Source: Amoebidium appalachense
Lineage: Eukaryota; Protista; Ichthyosporea
Length of the DNA: 64,000 bases
Direction: 5' to 3'
Assembly (NCBI GenBank): GCA_963693365.1
Contig: CAVNZM010000007.1
Span: 1,101,979-1,165,978, forward strand
Position numbers and translations under genes: made by a program. This document shows, one piece after another, positions 53,075 through 64,000 of this stretch (position 1 is its first letter; the number at the start of each line of letters is the position of its first letter). The notes beneath the pieces are model-generated. The model worked only from the letters and a program-made list of their open reading frames with translations. It was not told the DNA's origin and searched no databases.

Positions 53075-54550
53075 TTACACGGGAACGGTGGGAGTAGGGA
53101 ATGTATGGCTAACCCATGACTTATTCGTCTCGTACTTCAATTGAATCCACAAACAACTCAGCTGGTCTAGAGAGAAAAGACTCAGACATAACCTACTATA
53201 CGAAGCCCAACCAAGATAGCTCATCAACGACGTTGGGCCGATCATGTGTGTTACTAGATGAGAATTCCACACTACTAGGTTAATAACGATGATACGCATA
53301 TTGAAGTAATAATCACTGAATTGCCTGTGTGCGCGGCGTGTTTTGTAGCTGTAATAAAAGAACCAGAAGGTGAGAAAGTGGAGTACAAGAAGGGGCACAA
53401 TAACTTTATACGGGATATACTCCGGTCTAGCACCTAAACAAAATCTCCAAACAGTGTAAACAACAACAACACAACTTGTTGCTGCACACGATATTGGGAG
53501 CGGCATGAGAAAGCTACTGCGCCTGTTATACAGTTTCAAAGTCTGGTTAAATATCAGAAAAATGATTCGCTGCCGTTGAATTAGAGCTGACATAAAGATA
53601 AAGAAGCTGCTATAGCCAAAAACGGCAGTCAAATACATGATGTTCAACATCTGTTCACCTTCCCTGATGAGCTTGTCTCTGTTTACGAATTTCGTAGCAT
53701 CAGGAAAATCCGTGAATTGCATCAAGAAATTCGCGTCCATGATCATCACCGAAATGAACCACCCAACTGCCGACAGAAACGCTTGGACAAGATAAGGTAT
53801 ACCGCGCGACTGGACCACCTTATCGTTTCTTTTCACAAATGCCGCGCATGACACAGATAACAGGATCACCCCATGTACAGTCCAAGCACACACCTCATTT
53901 CTCCATATCTTATCGCCGATCGTTTTTGCCCGTGCAGACTCCTTGTTAAAATCCAGCGACGCATCCTTCAAGCCCATCGTTACATTTAAGATGGTGGCCG
54001 AATTTAGACTCCCTGACCTCATTTCGTCTTTGAACGCCTGCTCAGCATTGGCGAGAGCATCACTCACATCGAACATGATTCGAATTGGACTGACGCTAGA
54101 GACGGATGCGTTGAAGTATAATAAAACTCCCTCAAAAATAAGTAGGCAAGCCAAGATGGCCAAAAAGGCTAAGAAGGTCCTTCTCTGGTATTCGGTTCCA
54201 AACTTTTCCGGTAGACTCTCCCTGATGGTATTTTCAGAGGTTGCCATGTTGTGCAGAACCAAAGGTGGGAGAGGTGCATCTGTTTCTGTGCCTTCCGTGC
54301 CCTGAGAACATTTTCGTGATTCTGCGCTTGCATGTGACTTTCCTTTCGTATTCAGATAAGCCTTTCTGGTTACGGTGTCCGTGAAAACAACATGAACACC
54401 CGAGCGTTCAGTATCTGTGTCGATGCTGCTTCCTTGACAAAATCTAGCTGACCGGGGGGGGCCATTATCTGCGGCCCTGCAGGCAGCGATGGATCCTTTA
54501 TCAGAACAAGCATCGTCGTCCACGTGAGTAGTGGTATCGATGGAGAACAT
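53075..54550 (-). CDS. Intronless multi-pass membrane protein (about 491 aa), class C GPCR / 7TM-RGS-like transmembrane bundle with an extra N-terminal TM helix
   Basis: Long complex ORF with about 8 hydrophobic segments. Motifs KRNDKVVQSRGIPYL (ICL1-like), SALIQRQRIIFLIF (TM3 end-like), YKTRRAHRQFSD (ICL3-like). The start codon is uncertain; the ATG at 54550 was chosen. Confidence 0.65.
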   Translation of the reverse strand: MFSIDTTTHVDDDACSDKGSIAACRAADNGPPRSARFCQGSSIDTDTERSGVHVVFTDTVTRKAYLNTKGKSHASAESRKCSQGTEGTETDAPLPPLVLHNMATSENTIRESLPEKFGTEYQRRTFLAFLAILACLLIFEGVLLYFNASVSSVSPIRIMFDVSDALANAEQAFKDEMRSGSLNSATILNVTMGLKDASLDFNKESARAKTIGDKIWRNEVCAWTVHGVILLSVSCAAFVKRNDKVVQSRGIPYLVQAFLSAVGWFISVMIMDANFLMQFTDFPDATKFVNRDKLIREGEQMLNIMYLTAVFGYSSFFIFMSALIQRQRIIFLIFNQTLKLYNRRSSFLMPLPISCAATSCVVVVYTVWRFCLGARPEYIPYKVIVPLLVLHFLTFWFFYYSYKTRRAHRQFSDYYFNMRIIVINLVVWNSHLVTHMIGPTSLMSYLGWASYSRLCLSLFSLDQLSCLWIQLKYETNKSWVSHTFPTPTVPV

Positions 54551-55556
54551 AGTTTTGAGGTGTGTGGGAAGTGGCACGATGGCCGTGCAAACATGAAGTT
54601 TGTGTGTGAAGCTACAAACGCAACTACAACAAAATTTTTCATTGCTCCTAGCCCCGGTGTCGGTTTTAAACAAAAAGTATAAAATACCGATTTTTGCCCG
54701 GAGGAGGGCAAAAAGGGGTAAATTAAGCGTATTATACAAAAAGTGTATAAAAGTGTATAATACCATACACTTACCTCGGTTTTTAGGAGTTTGCTCACTG
54801 CCCATAATGTTGTTTTGTGCATCTATTATTTCTTTCAATCGCCTATGTTTGAATCTTTAAACTTTACGGCTACATAGCATGCAGTACGGCAGTGAACACA
54901 ACACGGACTGTGGTGAGCAACCATATAGGAGTCTGTATGATAAGCAGAGCTCCTCCCGAGGGGCCCCCAGTCGTTCACATAAGTCAATGCATATATACTA
55001 TCAGAAACTAAGGTATAAACCAGTCAGACCGTCGTGTTGTTGTTGTAGCAAGTTCTTCTGCAAAACTTTGCGGTCGACGCGCGGGCTTCAACAGCACATT
55101 CGACGCTGGGCTTGAATTTACCTCGTTTGTGGAGGTACTATTGAAAAGGGTGAATATTGGTGTTGCGTCATTTGTAGTGTAGTGTACACAGTATGCCAGT
55201 GCATTTACAATTTGTATAAATATGCCGCCAGAGTCTACCTATACAGCATTCTATGAAAGGGGTCGGTATTACTATGAGGAAGTCTTTTCCGGTGTACTCG
55301 GAGGCGATGACATTAACGAGGGCCAACCTTGAGGGAAGCAACCATATATCCTTGAACGAGTCGTGCACAGGGGGGGATTGTGCTCCACAGAGATTAGTTA
55401 GAAATTGCTAGCCCCGAAGAAGTGGTGCGAGGCCGCGTTCTGGTTGGATCGATATGCATACTCATATGAGTGGCAGCACCTCAGTGATACGGTGTTCCCG
55501 CATTCCAGCTGCTGGAATGCAGTTCCCGGGAACAAACACGGGTCGAATCCAGGGGC

Positions 55557-55737
55557 TAGTTCCCGGGCCAGAACCGTGGTTCCCGGCTCGAAACACTGGT
55601 TCCCGAGTTTGAAACAGTGGTTCCCGGCTCGAAACACTGGTTCCCGGGCCGATCCGCAAAACAGTGGTTCCCGGCTCGAAACACTGGTTCCCGAGTTTGA
55701 AACACTCGAAACACTGGTTCCCGGGCCGATCCGCAAC
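55557..55737. repeat. Tandem array of about 20-bp units with core ACA(C/G)TGGTTCCCG, ending at two CRE palindromes
   Basis: About 8 copies of (T)GGTTCCCG. TGACGTCA at 55738-55745 and 55752-55759. Confidence 0.85.
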
Positions 55738-56119
55738 TGACGTCATACAGATGACGTCACACAACCTGCCACGCTGGCGCAGGGCTGGAAATTGTAGGCC
55801 GTACGCTGCCGCGTCACATGCGACTCAGCATGCGACCCCCGTATCATCAGTACGTATAATGGTGCATATGGACTAAATACTAGTGAGGCTTTATATCAGG
55901 CTTTATTATAAAGAAATATGTTAGTATTTGTTTTATTCAAAATGTAGTTAGAAATAATGTATTCCGCGAGCACCTGTAGCTACTTTTGCCTGCAGGCAGT
56001 GTGTAAATATATCCGGCACCGCCCCAAAATGTGCATTACAGTACACGGTGCTCATACTTACGCGTACGATGGGAAATTCACTCCTTTCCCCCTCTCATGC
56101 CCCCCCGCCCCTGTCACAG

Positions 56120-56166
<47 letters not shown>

Positions 56167-56275
56167 CCTCCCCCCCTCCCCTCCCCTCCCCCCGGCCCCC
56201 CTCCCCCCCCCCTCCCCCCCCCTCCCCCCCCCCCCTCCTCTCCCCCCCCCTCCCCTCCCCCCCCCCCTCCCCCCC

Positions 56276-56313
<38 letters not shown>

Positions 56314-57827
56314 CCCTCGCCGATCTCCCCCCCCTTACCTAGTGCAAATATATCCTGAATTGACCACAACGCATTACTATGCGTACGTACACTTTTTTAA
56401 TTTTTCTCTTTTTATATAGCTATCTGTCTGTATTCTATGTATAAGTACAGAAGAAAGATTGAAAGCACGTATTTGGCAGGCTCATAGTAGGTATGTGGTC
56501 CATATCGCTTGGCAATAATGAGGTGATTGCGGTGGGGCCTGCCATAAGTGTGGCTAAGTGTGCCGTGTGAAATGGGCCTGAAATGGTGCAAAATTTTCCG
56601 ATAATATCCACCGTATATCTACATCGATTTGCATTTGATTGATGAAGAGTCATCCAGGGCTCTACACCTCTCAGGTGGCTATTGCTCAGACGGCAGCTTT
56701 TTTTTGAAAAAAAAGGGGGGGGGCATTTGAAAAGAAATTTTGGCGACATTATCTGCATTACAATTGTAAAAGAAAGGGCAGTGCCCAGGTGATTTTGAAA
56801 AGTTCAAATATGAAGTGATATGGCTTTTTGCGATGCCGAACGACAAAATCTGAAATGTGGCTGGTGAGACGAAGCCAAAATCGAACACATCTGGCAGAGC
56901 CTGGTATCACCGCATTCTATCGTATAAATGGAACGTGAAATGGAATGTGCGACTAACAGCTTCAACCAATAGGCGCGATCGATCTGCACTGACGCCGCCT
57001 CCGGCGCCAGCGCCGGCAGTGCGCCCGGGGTTGCAGTGATGCATGCATATATGCGCACGTATATAAGTACCATACATTTGTTGGTACTAGTGGGGTAGGC
57101 CATTTAACAGATTACTATTAAATCAGTTTTACATTACCGAGATCCCCTATAACATCGAGCACGGACTCACGAAATTCCCTAGTGTAACTTCCAGCCAAAA
57201 AACACAAGTCTCTCGACCGTTCCAGAGTTGGGATATACAGCTCACCCAGATGCTCAAACAAAACCAACCCAACCGAAGTTGTACGAGTACGATCGGTAAG
57301 ACAGTTTTTCTTCTGCTTGAACCTTGTGCAGTTCTTCTACCAAAACGTTTGCCTCTTTCGGTGAAAGGAATTGTTTTAACACTACTGGGTTATAGATCCC
57401 GTTTCCGTACACTGGGGGAAGGTGGATTTTCTTGTGAATAATACTGATATAGCCGGACATTCTGCGACGGTACACTGCGGCACGTTCCTAGGATAGTACA
57501 TAGGTTTACCGTAGGTTCTGCTGTGTTTTGAAAACGGAAAAGAAGGGGTTGATTTTTTTTTTTCGAGCTTCCTTGCACGTTGACCCGGTATACCATCGGG
57601 CCGGGCCAGTACCCAATTTGACTTCTCGATCAATGATTGGCGGAAGAGTAGTGGCGGGCAACGGCCAAACGGACACACACAAACGGTCATCGATCCGTGG
57701 TGTTTAGTTTAAAATTGCAGCCCACTTCAACCAGCACGTCACAGTTTCCCACAGAAGTTAAACACTTCACAGCTCATATCTCAGCTAGAATTAGGTGTGT
57801 CTTAGCCTCACTGAGCGATCTGCCAAC

Positions 57828-58551
57828 ATGGGCGTCTCTAATTATAGTCTGGTGCCTGCCAGTCTCCCAGTTGAGAAGTACCCACCAAAGGGCATAAAGC
57901 CTGATAAAAGCCACGAGGGTAATCCGTGGAAACACACATTGATTTGGGAGGTGATTGGTTTGTAGTTCAGGCCCACGATGGTGACATGGATGTGTACCAG
58001 TTGCGGTCGCTTTGCGAGTTTGATGAAGGTTGGGATGCCAAAAGGGCACCAGAGAGTTTAACCAAGGAACCCACGGTGGGCAGCACTGTGTACATCCCCT
58101 GGGTGCAGATGAACGTCGGTACGCTGCAGTGGTTCCAGGGAGAAGTTGTGTCCAGACTCCCCGCTGCTGTTGCTGGTAAGGGTCTCAAAAGTCACTAAAC
58201 GTGTGTAAAAAGACTAGTTTTGTCTGCCATAGAGGAAGGCTTATCAGTGTGTCATAAGTATACGGAGACCACACCTTGTCTTTATATGAACAGAACGAAA
58301 GACAAGTTATCCCAAAGAGGACAACCCCCCCCCGCCGCCTTTTTGTTTTGTGCAGGAGGAGAAGTGGGGAATGCAGGAGGAGAAGGGGGGAAGGAGGTGG
58401 GGGAGTGGGGTGGGGGGTTCACCTAGGCAAAGATTGTACAGAGGAAACAAAAGTAGTCGCCACCGTGACCTACTTTTTTTCGCCTTGTAGTTACTCTCTG
58501 GTTTAAGGGCTCTCTTCACGGGTTTTCTTGTCTTTGTGGTACTTACACACA

Positions 58552-58586
<35 letters not shown>

Positions 58587-59239
58587 ACACACACACACGC
58601 ACACACACTCGGGCTCGTGCGCACACACACACAACGGAGAACCGCTAGCACAACAAACCGGGGGGAAGAATTGCATACCTTTAGTATTCCAGGCCGGTAC
58701 CCAACCTACACACACACACATACACACACACACACAGACAGACACGTACATGCACGTGCGCACACACACGCAGGCACACACACCACTTCCCCGTTTCCTC
58801 CTAATCAAACAGCCAAACCAACCAACCAAACATGGTGGTGCACGATGATGTAGTCTTGAAACCACGTAAAACCACGTAAGAAAGCTTCGTGTTAGGTGAG
58901 CAACATTTTAATCTTTCGGCACTTCCATATGTTGTTCCCCCCCCCCCCCCCCCCCCCCATCCTCCCTCCCTTTCTCGCTTTACCACAGGCTGCATTCACC
59001 AAAAAGGCCGTGCGGGCTGCCTGGAGTGCCAACAAGCCCACCATATCGGCAAGAATTCTTACTGATGACATCTTTACAACCGATGAGCTGGTCAACAACT
59101 CGTTTGTGTGTCACGGGAAAACAGCTCGCTTACTTGGAGTGGGCACGGTCGGGCAGCTTGATCCCGCCAAAACTCACCTGGTGTACCGTACGTGACCATA
59201 CTAGCACACACATACACATGCACGCACATATACGTGCCG

Positions 59240-59277
<38 letters not shown>

Positions 59278-59278
59278 T

Positions 59279-59316
<38 letters not shown>

Positions 59317-59837
59317 CACACACGCACACACACACACACAACAGTGGTGAAAACACACAGGGAGGCAAACAAAATAAATTGGTACACACTCACTACACCG
59401 GTACCCACACACACGTTTACATGCAGGCGCACGCACACATGAACACACACACAAGCACACCGAGCGCAAATCTGTGTGCACATACACACAGACACATATA
59501 TCGGGCACACACATACACACACCTTCTGATATGCCCCTTTGCCCTTCTCCCTCACACCATGCACAAACATGCACATGGGCACACATACACACACAGACAT
59601 ATCATCAGGCACACACACACACACACACACCCACACATACCACACATACACACACACACCCACACACACACACACCGGTGAAAGCACACAGGGAGGCACA
59701 CAAAATATATCGGCACACACTCACTACACTGGTACCCACACACGCGTTTACATGCATACGCACGCACACATGCACACACACACAAGCACACTGGGCATAA
59801 ATCTGCGCGCACATACACACGTAGACATATACATCGG

Positions 59838-59909
<72 letters not shown>

Positions 59910-60128
59910 TTTCTGATATGCCCCTTTGCCCTTCTCCCTCACCCCGGGTGATTGTCTCCCTTGTCCCCCCCCCCCACACACATACCATTACCACCACCAC
60001 CACCACCACCACCACCACCACCAACCCTACCCTCATCTTCGACTCCCTTATTCCCATCCCCACATTCATTGCCACCCAATTCTTTTTGCCTTCCGTAAGA
60101 AGGCCCAAGCTCCTCTGCATCACTGTCA

Positions 60129-60173
<45 letters not shown>

Positions 60174-60330
60174 TTCCCTCCCTTCCTCCCTCCCACCCCC
60201 CTCCCCACTCCTTTCAGTCATGACCAACCACCTCGTCACTGGATCCCTGGACCCTGCAACCGATGCTGTCTACAAGGCCATAAAGAGGGGGGAGCATCGC
60301 CTGCGACAATGCACGCAAAGGCTTGCATAG
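57828..60330 (+). CDS. Spliced BEN-domain protein with an N-terminal Tudor/SH3-like segment (possibly degenerate)
   Basis: Exon 58989-59187 ([21 protein letters not shown]...[12 protein letters not shown]) splices in phase to 60218-60330 (LMTNHL...[15 protein letters not shown]), matching the BEN pattern (L..LF...EL...S..G...LDP.K...terminal basic helix). Upstream candidate exons 57828-57918, 57966-58175 (VGSTVYIPW...WFQGEVV) and 58356-58396. The 5' structure is uncertain. Confidence 0.6.
59345..59945. repeat. Two-copy diverged duplication (about 220-260 bp) inside the last intron of the BEN gene
   Basis: GGTGAAA.CACACAGGGAGGCA...CACACTCACTACAC.GGTACCCACACAC...CTGATATGCCCCTTTGCCCTTCTCCCTCAC at about 59345-59555 and 59677-59942. 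Confidence 0.8.
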
Positions 60331-60416
60331 TCATTTGGCCACAGCAACGTAAAACAACACCCATCAATACACGGCTCGGGAATCCAGAGAATAAATAAGG
60401 TACTGGATGCATGCCC

Positions 60417-60451
<35 letters not shown>

Positions 60452-61278
60452 ACCCGCCCATTCCCGCCCGCCCGCCTGCCCCAACCTCCTAACCCCCCAC
60501 CCCTCTGCATCCCTTCCCTCTTGTCGCCACACTCATTCACTCACTCACTCACTCTCACCACTTAAATGAAAAAGACTACTCGAAGACACGATTCTAAAAA
60601 CTCAAATGTACACATGTACATACGTCTCTCATCTTTTTACCTGGTCATATCACATCTTTTTTCCCTCCTCCTGCATCTGCTCGGATGCAGAGAGCGCGGT
60701 CCCCCCTACACACACAGACACATATCCCTGTGTTTGTACGACTTATCAAAAAATGAGATATGCACCTAGTGCATGTGATAGGTCCATAGTGGAATGCTAC
60801 CTCGTGCAGCAAATACTGAGCCTTCTTCATAGAGGCAATAAAAAAATAAAAAAATAACTTAATGCATACACCAGAAGGACGTGAGGCTATTAAGGGAATA
60901 TGTCATTTACATGTGTCTATTAAGGAATATATCATTAACATGTGTGTTTCTTTGCAGAAACGATGACAGCGGTGCTCGAATTTACTTCCGGTACTCTACT
61001 GTGGCTTCTTCCGGACATCAAATTAGACTGCAGCAATATTCTGGACCGCGAAGACCTATAGGTGATTTTATAGTATTTTCATACATGTGCATTGCTTCCT
61101 CACTTGTTGTTGGCATGCATGTTGGAGTTTCGATTACCTGCAGGTACACGGAGTAAGCCATATAACATTTGCCATACTGTAGTTGGGTGTAACACCCGAA
61201 CACACGCGCACTATATACAGTATATGATATGTACGTGTGTGTATGTATGTATGTATGTATTGTATGTATGTATGTATG

Positions 61279-61332
<54 letters not shown>

Positions 61333-61628
61333 TACGCACGGCTCCATGTTTTTATAGTAATAATAATAAAGCTCGAGGCCCGCGGCCTCGACGCCGGACA
61401 ACTGGATTAAGGGATACGGGATCGCGCGGCTCGAATACTTTCTGGCGCCGCTCAGATCGATATCTATCTGGATTGAGTGGGCTTGATCTGCCTATTGGGC
61501 ACCTAAGATCGTGTGGCCGAGCTATACCATGTACACACGGCATGCCACACACGTGTCCGGACAAAACTGCGCTGCACATTTTTCATGAAGGCGGGTTGTT
61601 TTCTAACTATATATGTTAGGCACTCACA

Positions 61629-63545
61629 ATGCCAACTTGCGCGGCTAACTACTGCAAAAATGACGAAGAAACAGTCTCTCCCAAAGATCCTACCAGGAAG
61701 ATAAAGCTTTTTACTGTTCCATATGGATACAAACCAAATGTATTGGCTAGGAGGCATGCTTGGTTAAATGCTATAGGCAGGCAGGAGCAAACAAAGTATG
61801 AGCGGAAACAAATAGCAGAACACACAAAGCAAGCACCCCCCGACCCAGACACACACACAGACACAAGGCCAAAGGCCTCGGATGGGACAGACGTAAATAC
61901 AGACACAACCACTACTGAGACACACACAGCTGACACACAATCCGAAAATGCCAATGACTCGGCTGTGCCAGCTGAGCAGTCGGCACAAGAACCACAACCA
62001 AAGAGGAAACGGGGGCAACCGAAGGTGGAAGTCCCCTGGCCACTGGCTATCCTTAAGCAACTGGTTGTATGCGAGGCACATTTCACCGATGATGATATTA
62101 CTGCTAAGAATGGAAAACTGAAATTAACAAAGGATGCATGTCCCATCCGAATGGAACTAGACCCGATGTACAGAGAGAAGGTACAGCTATTGAGGGAGGA
62201 AAGGGCCAATAGTCATATGCAAGCTGTAGGAATGGATGCCTCAGATATTGAGCAAACACGGAAACGAGCGAGGGAGCGGGGGGAGACGAGCAGTGAAGAA
62301 GCAGAGGACAGTGAACGAGCGAAAAGAAGGAGGGAACATGTGCGTGAAAGGACATTTGACTATCTAGAGTCGAAGGCAGGTGAGGAAGGGATGGATGTAG
62401 AGGATTATGTGAATGTCCTGGAACGTTCAAGAGCTTTCTATAAGGAGCAGGCGGAGAAAATGCAAATCGAACTTGAGATAGCTACGAAGCAATTGGAGGA
62501 AAATGAGAAGAAACAAAGATTGGAGAAGAAGGAGCTCGAACAAGCGCTTGATCAAGCGAGGGAGGAATTATTACAAAACCAGAAAAGAATATGCATGGAG
62601 GACATAGTGGCGGAAGAGGAAGGGAAGGCTAGAGATGATGTGGTGAAAACATACACGGGGTTGGATAGTTTTGATGCTCTCATGGGAGTGCTGGGGATTG
62701 TTGCTTTTATTGGCCAATCAACTATAAACATGAATGATTTTAAAACCAAAACAGGAAAGGAAATAATATGGCATGATGGATGTCTTTTTACACTTTTTCG
62801 CCTCCGCCACGGCACATCCTTCCAACTATTGAGTCGGCTGGTGGATGTGTCAGAACCGAATCTTTCGCGTATAATCCGCCATTTTCTTGGTGCACTGGCG
62901 TTAGCACAGGTTTTTCTATACGAAAAAGCCCCCACCAGAGAGCAACTTTCGAAGTTTAAAGCCGGTTGCTACACTGGGCAATGGGACGATGTACGGTGGA
63001 TCATTGATTGCACCGAGGTGTTTGTACAGGTGCCGACAAACCTCCTTCTGAAACGATGTTTCTACTCAGAGTACAAAAGCAATTATACTCTCAAGTACTT
63101 CGGGGGCATCACAACGGATATGAAACTCAGACCGGTGTCCGATGCACATGTGGGGGGGTTCAAAGACCCGGATCTCACAGGTGTATGCAAGCGTGAATTT
63201 GTAGATCAGATAAAAGAGGGGGATGAAATAGCAGCTGATAAAGGGTTTAGAGTGCACGGGCTAATCATGGAGAAGGGTGCTTCCTTGCTATTACCGTCGT
63301 TTGTTGAGCATGGGCAGCTAAACGCTGAAGACACCATATATAGCCAAAGACTGTCTAGTGTGCGCGTGCATGTGGAGAGGGCTTTTGGGCGCATGAAAAA
63401 TTATCGGCTGTTTAGCAATCAGGTGCAGATGTCGATGGTAGGCACCCATTGGATGGTAGCTAAGGCTGTGGCTTTCTTGTGTAACATGCAAGAGCCACTA
63501 TATAAGGATATGGTGGGGCCCGGGCACACCAAAAGCATGGTGTAG
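61629..63545 (+). CDS. THAP + HTH + DDE_Tnp_4 transposase (ISL2EU / PIF-Harbinger group), 638 aa, intact and intronless
   Basis: THAP (CAANYC..AWLNAI..VCEAHF..DACP), coiled coil, HTH (LFRLRHGTSFQLLSRL..VSE), catalytic triad IIDCTE / AADKGF / HVERAFGRMK, and YSEYKSNYTLKY. Confidence 0.92.
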   Translation: MPTCAANYCKNDEETVSPKDPTRKIKLFTVPYGYKPNVLARRHAWLNAIGRQEQTKYERKQIAEHTKQAPPDPDTHTDTRPKASDGTDVNTDTTTTETHTADTQSENANDSAVPAEQSAQEPQPKRKRGQPKVEVPWPLAILKQLVVCEAHFTDDDITAKNGKLKLTKDACPIRMELDPMYREKVQLLREERANSHMQAVGMDASDIEQTRKRARERGETSSEEAEDSERAKRRREHVRERTFDYLESKAGEEGMDVEDYVNVLERSRAFYKEQAEKMQIELEIATKQLEENEKKQRLEKKELEQALDQAREELLQNQKRICMEDIVAEEEGKARDDVVKTYTGLDSFDALMGVLGIVAFIGQSTINMNDFKTKTGKEIIWHDGCLFTLFRLRHGTSFQLLSRLVDVSEPNLSRIIRHFLGALALAQVFLYEKAPTREQLSKFKAGCYTGQWDDVRWIIDCTEVFVQVPTNLLLKRCFYSEYKSNYTLKYFGGITTDMKLRPVSDAHVGGFKDPDLTGVCKREFVDQIKEGDEIAADKGFRVHGLIMEKGASLLLPSFVEHGQLNAEDTIYSQRLSSVRVHVERAFGRMKNYRLFSNQVQMSMVGTHWMVAKAVAFLCNMQEPLYKDMVGPGHTKSMV

Positions 63546-63628
63546 AATTTTCGTTTTCGATTGCCAGTGCCTCTCCCTAAAGCCCCCTTCTCTGCTTTTT
63601 TTTTTTTTTTTTTTTTTTTTTTTGTTTT

Positions 63629-63698
<70 letters not shown>

Positions 63699-63825
63699 AA
63701 AATATGAATGAATGCTTGCATGTATGTATTCGGCCAGTAGGGCTCCACTTTTCCTGTATAGGAAAATAATAATAATAATTGAAATTATTATGTATTTGTG
63801 TGCCAAGTACAACCTTGAGTCGTTC

Positions 63826-63857
<32 letters not shown>

Positions 63858-63890
63858 TTCACAAACACACACAACCACGCACACACGGAA

Positions 63891-63925
<35 letters not shown>

Positions 63926-64000
63926 CCCACACATGCACGTGCACACACGCACGCATGCACCCCCCCCCCCCCCCACACACACACACGGGGGGGGGGGGGG

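Noticed and set aside
54551-54838. N-terminal 96-codon extension of the 7TM ORF
   Set aside because: It begins at a non-ATG codon, is AT-rich and contains a GTAAGT donor near 54775; probably 5'UTR or intron.
57001-57092. Helitron 3' end (GC hairpin + CTAG)
   Set aside because: The hairpin-to-CTAG spacing does not fit, and no 5' TC end or Rep/Hel sequence was found.

Overview
Intron-rich eukaryotic genomic DNA, saturated with (CA)n/(TG)n microsatellites and poly-G/poly-C runs. The mix of THAP, BEN and class-C-like 7TM proteins suggests a holozoan, possibly a unicellular one (inference only). Most of the ORF track is low-complexity noise. Content supported by manual splice modelling: a head-to-head palindromic pair of near-identical 111-aa orphan genes (1.4-3.3 kb); MEMO1 (8 coding exons, minus); an internally deleted P-element (34-bp TIRs, 7-bp TSD) inside the divergent MEMO1/aldo-keto reductase promoter; an aldo-keto reductase (7 exons, plus); an intronless secreted CBM9/DOMON-like protein; a 15-exon MORC GHKL ATPase of plant-like architecture with a CpG-dense 18-bp repeat array upstream; an intronless multi-TM GPCR-like gene; a spliced BEN-domain gene; an intact THAP + DDE_Tnp_4 (ISL2EU/Harbinger-group) transposase; and several MITE-like, foldback and tandem repeats. 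No rRNA, tRNA or CRISPR array was recognised. All family assignments rest on motif recognition by eye, not database searches.
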